DNA of 24,000 bases from the NCBI GenBank assembly GCA_040255675.1, contig JBDZVM010000006.1, forward strand, positions 101,607 through 125,606. Direction: 5' to 3'. Positions within the stretch are counted from its first letter, which is position 1; each line of letters begins with the position of its first letter. Position numbers and translations under genes: made by a program. Shown here one piece after another: positions 1-7,574 of this stretch. This stretch comes from Actinomycetales bacterium. Lineage in GTDB: Bacteria > Actinomycetota > Actinomycetes > Acidothermales > Acidothermaceae. The notes under the pieces were generated by a model. The model was not told where the DNA came from and ran no database searches. It saw nothing but the letters and a program-made list of their open reading frames with translations.

Positions 1-1
1 T

Positions 2-694
2 GTTCTTGGCGGTGCGGACGTAGAACTTGTCGTCCTCGAACACGAAGGCCCGGTCGTCTACACCGGCGACGAGTCCGGCCAGACCTCGCGGCGTCGAGAC
101 CCCGAGGGCTTCGACGCTCCTTGGGTGCTTCGCGCGCTCGGCGCGCGCGGCGTCTTGACTGGTACGGAAGACAACCGCCCGTTCTGCTCCGCCGTTGTCG
201 GCGACACTACCCAGCCGATGGCGGTGCTCATCGCCCGTCGCGCCGAAGGCAACGGCCACTTCGGACGCCGCGAAGCCACGTTGGCCGGAATCCTTGTCGG
301 ACAGGCGAAATCCTGGCTTTCGGTCGCTGAACTCACTGTTTCGCGCGACGAGGCGATCGCCCGCGCCGACGCCGCTGACGAGGCCGCTCGTTCGCTGGGC
401 AACCTTGGTGCCGATACCGCTCCCGCTCTTGGCATGTTGCGCGAGTCCGCGGGCCGGCTGGCCCGGCTCGCGAGTGCGTCTTACGGCGAAGGAGCGGTTA
501 CCGACATCGTCGACGAGCTGCACTCCGTCGAGCGCGCGGTCGCCTCGTTGCTCGGCGCCATCGCCCTTGCGGCCGATCCTTCGCTGCGCGACCTCGACGA
601 CGAGATGGCCGACGAGTTTTCAATTCCGGCGGCCAGACACGAAGAAGACTGGACGACGACCGGCCTGGTCAATCGGCCCGAGACGGTTCGGTGA
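2..694 (+). CDS. Partial (5'-truncated) hypothetical protein, possibly the end of a GAF-like sensory domain followed by a helical tail
   Basis: The frame is open from the window edge, with no in-frame stop between position 2 and the TGA at 692-694. The tracked ORF 125..694 is its distal part. The stop overlaps the GTG start of the downstream kinase (GTGA at 691-694). The stretch PMAVLIARRAEGNGHFGRREATLAGILVGQAKSWL resembles the end of a GAF fold, but this is a weak by-eye call. A codon-aligned antisense frame is also open, which lowers confidence. Confidence 0.5.
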   Translation, partial: VLGGADVELVVLEHEGPVVYTGDESGQTSRRRDPEGFDAPWVLRALGARGVLTGTEDNRPFCSAVVGDTTQPMAVLIARRAEGNGHFGRREATLAGILVGQAKSWLSVAELTVSRDEAIARADAADEAARSLGNLGADTAPALGMLRESAGRLARLASASYGEGAVTDIVDELHSVERAVASLLGAIALAADPSLRDLDDEMADEFSIPAARHEEDWTTTGLVNRPETVR

Positions 695-1809
695 GTCGTC
701 GAGGTACGGGAGAGGGGCTGCCGCTCGCGGTTTGGGCAGGCGGCTTCGTCGGCGCTGGCGCCTTCGCGACACTCGCGGCTGTCGTCGTCGGCCTCAACGC
801 GTCCGCCCGGCTCGACCTTGCGGCCGTTGTCACCGTCATCATTGCCGCCGTTGTCGCGATCGCCGCAACGGTCGGGGGAGCCTACGCCGGTGCCCGTTTC
901 GCGCGTGGCGTACGGCATTTGCGTGAGGACGCCGTCCGGCGTTTGCAAGACCCTGGTTCGAGTTCGACGGGCAGCGCCGCGGGACGGCTTGCGTCATTGA
1001 CGAGCGTCGAACTGCTCGAACTCGCACGTACGCTCGACGCGTTGCACCTTCGCATCAGGGTCGCGGACGACGTCGCGGCGCGACACCGCCGCACCGCCGA
1101 AACCGCCAGTGCGGGCATGTTCGAACTGCTGTCAGGTCTGGTGGCCGCGGAAGAATCTGCCCGCGGGCAACTGTCAGCGGAGTTGCACGACACCGTTGCG
1201 CAGACTCTCATGCTGGCCCGCAGCGTGCTGTCCAGCGACACGATCGATCCGGCCATGACCTCGCACGCGGCAGATCTCGTTGCAGAAGCAGAAGACCAGG
1301 TTCGTGCAGTCATGGCTCGTACCCGTCCGCCTGCCTTGCGCGAGGGCGATCTCGCGCAGGCTGTCGTGGCTTTACGTGATGACCTCAACATTCGCTATGG
1401 CCTCGAGGTCTTTATCGACTGGCCTGAGTCGCCGTACCCGTTGCCACTTGTTACGGCGGTGACGTTGTATCGGTTCTTCCAGGAGTCGTTGCTCAACGTC
1501 GTCAAGCATGCGGACGTCGATGAAGCACACATTTCTCTCGAGGTCGATGAGCACTCCGTGCGCGCTGTGGTTCGCGACGAAGGCCCTGGCTTCGAGCTCG
1601 ACAAGGTGAAGCCCGAACGTGGGCGTCACGTCGGATTGGGTTTGTTGCGCGAGCGTGTTCGGCTCGCCGGTGGCTCGCTGGCAGTCGATTCGTCACCCGG
1701 TCGCGGCACGACGCTGACGTTGTCGATGTCGCGCGCCGCACTGGCAGGAGGCGCTGGTTCCGCGCTGCAGCATTCAGCACCGCGTCGCAGCGATGCCAAA
1801 GCCGGCTGA
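691..1809 (+). CDS. Sensor histidine kinase, HisKA_3 (NarX/DesK-like) family, with two N-terminal TM helices
   Basis: The N-terminus has two hydrophobic segments (LAVWAGGFVGAGAFATLAAVVVGL; AAVVTVIIAAVVAIAATVGGAYAGA) joined by a very short loop. H-box is SAELHDTVAQTL. HATPase_c motifs are NVVKHA, DEGPGF and GLGLLRERVRLAGGSL. The GTG start overlaps the upstream stop. Confidence 0.9.
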   Translation: MSRRGTGEGLPLAVWAGGFVGAGAFATLAAVVVGLNASARLDLAAVVTVIIAAVVAIAATVGGAYAGARFARGVRHLREDAVRRLQDPGSSSTGSAAGRLASLTSVELLELARTLDALHLRIRVADDVAARHRRTAETASAGMFELLSGLVAAEESARGQLSAELHDTVAQTLMLARSVLSSDTIDPAMTSHAADLVAEAEDQVRAVMARTRPPALREGDLAQAVVALRDDLNIRYGLEVFIDWPESPYPLPLVTAVTLYRFFQESLLNVVKHADVDEAHISLEVDEHSVRAVVRDEGPGFELDKVKPERGRHVGLGLLRERVRLAGGSLAVDSSPGRGTTLTLSMSRAALAGGAGSALQHSAPRRSDAKAG

Positions 1810-1823
1810 GGTTTCCGCGACGT

Positions 1824-2816
1824 TTAGGCGGCTCGGCTGATCCAGCCTCGCCGGACAGCGGCAACGCCCGCCGCGAATCGTGTCGTGACGCCGAGTTCTT
1901 CCATGAGCGTCGCGATGTGGCGGCGTACGGTGCGGACGCTGACACCCTGTTGGCGCGCGATGGCCTCGTCTTTGAGTCCTGCGGCAAGACATTCGAGGAC
2001 GTGTCGGCGCTGCGTATTTTCCTTTTCTGGAATGGGCACTCCCGGCGGAGCCCATGGTTCAGCTTGCTCCCACTTGAGTTCGAAGAATTTAGTAAGAGCG
2101 TTGACAAGAGCCTCATCGTGGATCAGTAAGCATGGGTATCCGTAAGGGCGGAGCGGAACCAAGGCGGTGTCAGTATCAACGATGAGCAGCTTCATTGGAA
2201 GTTTCTCTTGCGATACACGAATCTCTTCGCCATCGCGGTAGCCGGCAGTCATGTCATCGAGTCCACCGTCATCTTTCAGGAAGGCTGCGTCGTACAGCAT
2301 TACCTGTGTGGCGCCGCGCTCTTTCAAGCGAGGAGCGAAATAGAAGTACTCCGCCGGATGAGGCTCGCCAGTCGGGAGGGTCCGCGACGCGCCGTACGGG
2401 CCGGTCGACCACTCCCGAAGGAGATTACGTGTGCTAAAGGCCAGTGCGTAGTGCAATGCAATGGCGTGTTCGTGCGACGAGATGAGGGCGCATGTGGTTT
2501 CGGCACGGCGTGCCGCCGCATGCAGTTCGACTCGCTGGTATTTGATTGCATAGGCCCCGGCTTGGTTGAGCCGCTCGCGGGTCTCAACGATCATTTGGTG
2601 CCATCGCGCGAGCAGGCGCGCGAATGCGACCTTCGGATCTGTGGGCAATAAGAGCCTGGGTACGCGACCCGCGATCATAGCGAGTCCGGCGTCTGAAAGA
2701 GCGGCCGCGGTGGCGTGCGCCTCGCTGGAGGTATCTGCAGGTAGGAGTCGACTGCCGTCGCCGATAAGTTTCTCGTACGCTGCGCGAAGCTCGTCCGGAA
2801 TTAACGGTTCGGCCAT
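1824..2816 (-). CDS. LuxR-type HTH transcriptional regulator with a long non-receiver N-terminal region (TrmB-like/PLD-like by eye), paralogue A
   Basis: The C-terminal GerE/LuxR HTH is LAAGLKDEAIARQQGVSVRTVRRHIATLMEELGVTTRFAAGVAAVRRGW. No REC-domain motifs are present. An SD-like GAAGGGAAA lies upstream of the ATG at 2816. Strong similarity to the next gene. Confidence 0.85.
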   Translation of the reverse strand: MAEPLIPDELRAAYEKLIGDGSRLLPADTSSEAHATAAALSDAGLAMIAGRVPRLLLPTDPKVAFARLLARWHQMIVETRERLNQAGAYAIKYQRVELHAAARRAETTCALISSHEHAIALHYALAFSTRNLLREWSTGPYGASRTLPTGEPHPAEYFYFAPRLKERGATQVMLYDAAFLKDDGGLDDMTAGYRDGEEIRVSQEKLPMKLLIVDTDTALVPLRPYGYPCLLIHDEALVNALTKFFELKWEQAEPWAPPGVPIPEKENTQRRHVLECLAAGLKDEAIARQQGVSVRTVRRHIATLMEELGVTTRFAAGVAAVRRGWISRAA

Positions 2817-2900
2817 GTGTTTCCCTTCTGCCCGCGTGGGTGGTGCCGACGCGAATCGTAAGGCAGTCCGGTGTCATTTGTGCCCGCCCGTGACGGCCAC

Positions 2901-3899
2901 TCATGCAGCCGAATTGAGCCAGCCGCGGCGGACGGCGGCTACGCCTGCGGCAAACCGGGTCTTAACACCAAGTTCGCCCATGATCGCCTCGATGTGGCGC
3001 CGGACTGTGCGTACGCTGACACCCTGCTGGCGTGCGATGGCTTCGTCCTTAAGGCCAGCCGCGAGGGCGGCAAGGGTGCGCCGCCGCTGTGTATTTGCTT
3101 GCCGGACAATCGGCGTTCCGGGCGGAGCCCACGGTTTGGCTTCTGCCCACTTCAATTCGAAGAATTTGACAAATACGTCGACGAGAGCCTTGTCACGTAT
3201 GAATAGACACGGATAGCCGTGCGGGCCCAGCGGAACCAAGGCCGTATCATCATCGATGATGAGCAGTTTCATCGGAAGTTTCTCTTGCAGAAGGCGGATC
3301 TCCTCGCCATCAGCGTATCCGGCTGCCATATCCTCCGGTCCATCTTGTTCGTCGAGGAAAGGGCTGTCGTAGATGATGATGTGCTCGACACCGCGCTTAC
3401 GGAGCTCGGGCGCGAAGTAGAGCGACTCAACGGGGTGTAGCTCGCCTGTCGGCAATGTTATAGGAGCCCTGTAGGGCCCGGTTTCCCATTGCCTGCAACG
3501 GTGATCTGCGCTGAATGTGAGCCCATAATGGAGTGTGACGACTTGACCCCATGAACTTACGAGCAAGCAAGCTTTCTTGGTGCTGTGTCGTATCGCCGTC
3601 CGGATGGTCGTTCGCTCGAACCTAATGGCGGTGGACATCGTCGCCATAATGCGATCTCTCGTGTCGACGATTGCGGCGTGCCATCGCGCGAGGATGCGCG
3701 CGAATGCGGCATCAGGATCGGTCGGGAGCAGGATTGGGGGTATGTGAGCCTCGACCAACGCAAGTCCGATTTCCGACATCATCGTTGTGATTTGGTGGTC
3801 GTCGGTTGAGGTTGCGTTGACAGGCAGAAGACGGCTGCCCTCCTCGATGAGCTTCTCGTACGCTACGCGAAGCTGCTCGGGGATAAGCGGTTCAGGCAT
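2901..3899 (-). CDS. LuxR-type HTH transcriptional regulator, paralogue B of the previous gene
   Basis: Same architecture as paralogue A. The N-terminus MPEPLIPEQLRVAYEKLIEEGSRLLP matches MAEPLIPDELRAAYEKLIGDGSRLLP. Both share the core EKLPMKLLI(I/V)D.DTALVPL and FFELKW. By hand alignment, 51 of the last 63 residues are identical to paralogue A. Confidence 0.85.
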   Translation of the reverse strand: MPEPLIPEQLRVAYEKLIEEGSRLLPVNATSTDDHQITTMMSEIGLALVEAHIPPILLPTDPDAAFARILARWHAAIVDTRDRIMATMSTAIRFERTTIRTAIRHSTKKACLLVSSWGQVVTLHYGLTFSADHRCRQWETGPYRAPITLPTGELHPVESLYFAPELRKRGVEHIIIYDSPFLDEQDGPEDMAAGYADGEEIRLLQEKLPMKLLIIDDDTALVPLGPHGYPCLFIRDKALVDVFVKFFELKWAEAKPWAPPGTPIVRQANTQRRRTLAALAAGLKDEAIARQQGVSVRTVRRHIEAIMGELGVKTRFAAGVAAVRRGWLNSAA

Positions 3900-3914
3900 G
3901 AGCGGACAAGCCGC

Positions 3915-4493
3915 TTAGCGGCGGCGGCTGGGCAGCATGGCGACGCCCGGCGGTAGGGGAGCGAGACCTGCCGCGGACGTCAACACCTCGCCCCAGGCCT
4001 CGAGGTGCGGCCCGAGGTCGTCGTCGGGCGGCGTCCAGGATGCTCTTATTTCGACATGGGCGATGGGCGCGCGGCTCGACATCGTGCCGTAGCTTTCGGA
4101 TCCGACCTTGGTGACGGTGCCGCCGAGCGCCCGCACCGGCGTCGCACGCCGCGAGAGGGCTTCGGTGAGCCAGGTCCAGGCCACCGCCGACAAGAACGGG
4201 TCGGCGGCCATTTCGGGTTCGAGTAGCGCTCGCACGTACGCGACCACCCGAGTGTCGCCCTGCCACGACTCCTGCCCCGCCGGATCATGCAGGACGACGA
4301 ACCGCCCGGTTGCTGTCTCGTCGCCCGTTTCGTCGAGGACGTCGCCCGTGAGCGCGACCGCGTGCGGTGCGAGCCGCTGCGGCGCGGGGGCTTCGGCGAG
4401 CCGTAGTTCCGGACGCAGCCGTACCGCACGCAGGGTCGCGACGGCCCGCCCGAAGGAGGCCGGCAGGTCGGCGTAGACGTCTTTCGCTACCAC
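3915..4493 (-). CDS. DUF3000-family conserved actinobacterial protein (Rv2680-like)
   Basis: 192 aa with a GTG start. Motifs APAPQRLAPHAVALTGDV, GRFVVLHDPAGQESWQG and LGGTVTKV match my recollection of DUF3000. It lies divergent from hemE, as in mycobacteria. Confidence 0.75.
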   Translation of the reverse strand: MVAKDVYADLPASFGRAVATLRAVRLRPELRLAEAPAPQRLAPHAVALTGDVLDETGDETATGRFVVLHDPAGQESWQGDTRVVAYVRALLEPEMAADPFLSAVAWTWLTEALSRRATPVRALGGTVTKVGSESYGTMSSRAPIAHVEIRASWTPPDDDLGPHLEAWGEVLTSAAGLAPLPPGVAMLPSRRR

Positions 4494-4649
4494 GTCGAAA
4501 AGCCTAGGTCGGTACTGGGTTGGTGGCCGGACGGCGCGCCGGGCGGCGGGTCACGCTATGGCAACCATGCCGACGACCATGCCTTACGATCATGCCCGGC
4601 AACCGGCCGCGGCCAACGCCGACGATCGCGCTGGCTACGCTCGGCGGCT
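4494..4649. promoter_or_regulatory. Divergent intergenic region (DUF3000 gene / EamA transporter gene)
   Basis: 156-bp non-coding gap between divergently oriented starts. Promoters are inferred from the arrangement only; I identified no -10/-35 elements with confidence. Confidence 0.3.
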
Positions 4650-5501
4650 ATGACCGCGGCGTTCGCTCTCCTCGCCAGCTTGGTGTGGGGGAGTTCCGAT
4701 TTCGTCGGCGGACTGGTGAGCCGGCGGGTGCGCCCGCTGGTCGTCGTCGGCGTGGCCCATGCGATCGCGCTGGCGACGCTGGTCGTCATCGCGGCCGCGA
4801 GCGGGGCGTTCGCGACGAAGACCGACTACCTGCCGTGGGCGCTCGCCGCCGGTTTTGTCGGGTTCATCGGGCTTGTCGTGTTCTACCGAGCGCTCGCGAC
4901 CGGAGTCATCGGTGTCGTCGCGCCCATCGCGGGGGCGGGAGCCGTGGTGCCGGTCGCCGCCGGCTTAGCCGGCGGCGACGCGCCGTCCGGTATTCAACTT
5001 GCCGGAATCGCGCTCGCCGTGGCGGGCGTGGTGTTGGCTAGCGGGCCCGAGCTTTCGGGAAAGGCAGGGCGCACGCCCGTACTACTCGCCATGGTCGCCG
5101 CGCTGTGTTTCGGTGCCGTGTACGTCTTGCTCGATCGCGCCGCGGAAACGAGCGTGCTGATGAGCCTGGTGGCCATGCGAATCGTCAGCGTGGCGATCGC
5201 CTCGTGCCTCGCGATCGGCGCGATCGCCCACGGCAGCCGGGCGGTGTTGGCGGCGGAAATGCCGGTCGGGCGCAACCTCGCGATGGTCGCCGTCGTCGGC
5301 TGGACTGATGCCGCCGCCAACGGCTTTTACGGGCTCGCGACCCGCGGCGGGTTGGTCAGCGTGGTCTCGGTGCTTGCGTCGCTTTATCCGGCAGTGACCG
5401 TGTTTCTCGCTCGAGTCTTGCAAGACGAGCGCATGCGGCGAATTCAAGCGATCGGGGTGATGTCGGCGCTTGCCGGCGTCGTGCTGCTCGCGGCGGGCTA
5501 G
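4650..5501 (+). CDS. EamA/DMT-family membrane transporter
   Basis: 283 aa, about 10 hydrophobic helices. The N-terminus LLASLVWGSSDFVGG is typical of EamA. The protein is strongly hydrophobic and Gly/Ala/Val-rich throughout. Confidence 0.85.
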   Translation: MTAAFALLASLVWGSSDFVGGLVSRRVRPLVVVGVAHAIALATLVVIAAASGAFATKTDYLPWALAAGFVGFIGLVVFYRALATGVIGVVAPIAGAGAVVPVAAGLAGGDAPSGIQLAGIALAVAGVVLASGPELSGKAGRTPVLLAMVAALCFGAVYVLLDRAAETSVLMSLVAMRIVSVAIASCLAIGAIAHGSRAVLAAEMPVGRNLAMVAVVGWTDAAANGFYGLATRGGLVSVVSVLASLYPAVTVFLARVLQDERMRRIQAIGVMSALAGVVLLAAG

Positions 5502-5523
5502 GCCGGCGTGACACCATGAGCAC

Positions 5524-6570
5524 GTGAGCATCGAGCCGGACGACGCCCGTTCCACGCCCGCGACGAGCCTTTTTGTCCGTGCTTGCAAGGGGTTGGACGT
5601 GCCCCGCCCGCCCGTGTGGTTTATGCGCCAGGCCGGTCGCGCGCTTCCCGAATATCGGGCCGCGCGTGACGGCATCCCGATGTTGCAAGCCTGCGCGACG
5701 CCCGACCTCGTCGCCGAAATCACCATGCAACCGGTACGCCGATACGGAGTCGACGCCGCAATCCTGTTCAGCGACATCGTCGTGCCACTCAAAGCGATCG
5801 GTGTCGACCTCGACATCGTTCCGGGCGTCGGGCCGGTCGTCGCCTCGCCCATTCGTGAAATCGCGGACGTCGAAAAGCTGCGCGCCTTGACGCTCGACGA
5901 TGTCGAATTCGTCGACGCGGCAGTGAAAATTCTGGTCGCCGAGCTAGGCGCGACACCGCTCATTGGGTTCGCGGGAGCGCCGTTCACTTTGGCCAGTTAC
6001 CTTGTCGAGGGCGGCCCTTCGCGCACCCACGTGAAAACCAAGACGTTGATGCACGCGGATCCTGAGGTCTGGCACAAGCTGCTCGATCGGCTGGCGACGA
6101 TCGCGACCGCCTTCTTGCGAGTGCAGATCGAAGGCGGCGCTAGCGCGGTGCAGCTGTTCGACTCATGGGCCGGCGCTCTTTCGGCGTCCGATTACCGGCG
6201 ATTCGTTTTGCCGCACAGCGCGAAAGTGCTGGCCGGTGTCGCCGATCTCGGCGTGCCGCGCATTCATTTCGGGGTCGGCACCGGCGAACTGCTCGGCCTC
6301 ATGGGCGAGGCGGGCGCCGATGTGGTCGGCGTCGACTGGCGGGTGCCGCTCGACGTCGCGGCAACGCGCGTCGGGCCGCGCGCGGTGCAAGGAAACCTCG
6401 ACCCCGCAATGGTTTTCGCACCGTGGCCGGTGGTGGCCGAGGCGGCAGCCGACGTGATCGCCCGCGGCAAATCCGCGCGCGGTCATGTGTTCAACCTGGG
6501 TCACGGGGTGCTGCCTGAGACCGATCCAGGTGTGCTGACGCGACTCGTGGAGTTCGTTCACGACTCCTGA
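5524..6570 (+). CDS. hemE: Uroporphyrinogen decarboxylase
   Basis: Signature [18 protein letters not shown] near the N-terminus. Length 348 aa. C-terminal [16 protein letters not shown]. Sits in hemE-hemY-hemQ synteny. Confidence 0.95.
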   Translation: MSIEPDDARSTPATSLFVRACKGLDVPRPPVWFMRQAGRALPEYRAARDGIPMLQACATPDLVAEITMQPVRRYGVDAAILFSDIVVPLKAIGVDLDIVPGVGPVVASPIREIADVEKLRALTLDDVEFVDAAVKILVAELGATPLIGFAGAPFTLASYLVEGGPSRTHVKTKTLMHADPEVWHKLLDRLATIATAFLRVQIEGGASAVQLFDSWAGALSASDYRRFVLPHSAKVLAGVADLGVPRIHFGVGTGELLGLMGEAGADVVGVDWRVPLDVAATRVGPRAVQGNLDPAMVFAPWPVVAEAAADVIARGKSARGHVFNLGHGVLPETDPGVLTRLVEFVHDS

Positions 6571-7466
6571 GGGCGCCGAGCGCGTAGCTTGCGGCGTCCG
6601 AAGAAAATCGCGGCGGCGAGCACGCCGACAACGGCGAGAAACGGCAATGCCGCGCCGAGGCCGGTGAAGAATGCCGAAGCCGTCGCCGTGAAAGCGTGCC
6701 AGCCGCCGACGAGTCCGCGAACGAAGCCAGGTTTGTGGCTTACGTGGGCTGCCGCGACAACGGGCGGCGTGGCCTCGAGATGCACTGTGATCGTGGCTGA
6801 GCTGGTTTGCGCCTTCAACGAATCCTGCTGCTGCTCTAGGGATTCTAAGTCGGCGTCTCGCTGCGAAAGTTGATTCTCGACACTCAGCAAGTCGGCTACG
6901 CTCCCGGCGTGATTCATCAGTTCGGTGAGCCGTGCGATGCTCGCGCGGGCGGCGTCGATGCGCGCGTTCACGTCGACCACCTTGGTCGTGACATCTTGTG
7001 AATCTTTGCTGCGCGCAACCTCGGTGCCGATTTTGGCGATCGCGTCGAGGGTTTCGTCGGCGTTGGCGGTCGGCACCTTCACGGTGACGGTGGCCGAGGC
7101 GTTTCCCGGCTCGTCAGATTGTTTCGGAGTCAGGTCGACGTCTTCGGCATAGACGACGCCGCCTTTTTCGCCGGCGACTGTTTCGACGGCGTTCACGGCC
7201 TTGTGGATGTCGTCGGTGCGTACGGTGATCGACGCGGTGACAATCACGCTTCGATTCACCAGTACGGGCCCGTTGCCGTTCGAGGCGCCCGCACCGCTGT
7301 CGGCCTTTGCCGCCGCGCTCGCACTGGCGACCGGCGCATCAGCCGTGAGCGCCTCCCCATGAGCGGCGCCTCCCGCGCTCGACTTCGTCGAACTCGCCGT
7401 GCAGCCGGTGAGCGCGAGCGTGAACGCGAAGACGAGCCCCGCGATCGAAATCACCTTGAGATGCAT
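6558..7466 (-). CDS. DUF4349-family lipoprotein with a C-terminal TM anchor
   Basis: I place the start at ATG 7466 ([26 protein letters not shown]: signal peptide plus LTGC lipobox), preceded by GGGAGG. The central coiled-coil region [63 protein letters not shown] is typical of DUF4349. C-terminal TM is [16 protein letters not shown]. The longer tracked ORF (to 8111) is rejected. Confidence 0.8.
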   Translation of the reverse strand: MHLKVISIAGLVFAFTLALTGCTASSTKSSAGGAAHGEALTADAPVASASAAAKADSGAGASNGNGPVLVNRSVIVTASITVRTDDIHKAVNAVETVAGEKGGVVYAEDVDLTPKQSDEPGNASATVTVKVPTANADETLDAIAKIGTEVARSKDSQDVTTKVVDVNARIDAARASIARLTELMNHAGSVADLLSVENQLSQRDADLESLEQQQDSLKAQTSSATITVHLEATPPVVAAAHVSHKPGFVRGLVGGWHAFTATASAFFTGLGAALPFLAVVGVLAAAIFFGRRKLRARRPQES

Positions 7467-7574
7467 GGCGGCCTCCCTGCGCCCGTGGTCTGTCGGTGGT
7501 TTCGATCGCTTCCGCCGCTTCGAGGTTCCACCCTGCGGATCACGGTCCGGCCACGGTTTGCGAAGGTGAGTGGC
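7467..7574. promoter_or_regulatory. Divergent intergenic region (DUF4349 lipoprotein gene / hemY)
   Basis: About 100 bp between divergent starts. Inferred from the arrangement only. Confidence 0.3.

Noticed and set aside
1-620. A minus-strand frame, codon-aligned antisense to the first CDS, is open from about 620 to the left window edge. It ends with a protein-like stretch ...LVAGVDDRAFVFEDDKFYVRTAKN. It is absent from the ORF track because it has no stop inside the window.
   Set aside because: Its third codon positions coincide with the first positions of the plus-strand frame, so high GC3 is expected for a shadow frame. Most of its translation is Gly/Arg/Ser-rich and of low plausibility. 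The plus-strand ORF ends in a classic GTGA coupling with the kinase. I could not exclude it fully, so confidence in the plus-strand call is only 0.5. A homology search of both translations would settle it.
5082-5987. A 301-aa minus-strand ORF spanning the EamA/hemE junction.
   Set aside because: It lies antisense to two well-supported genes and its composition is Ser/Thr/Ala/Arg-rich with no motifs. It is a shadow ORF.
7119-7574. The upstream part of tracked ORF 7119..8975, as a longer hemY.
   Set aside because: It overlaps the lipoprotein gene on the opposite strand, and its translation is Arg-rich nonsense. The FAD-binding fold begins right after GTG 7566/7575, as expected for a HemY N-terminus.
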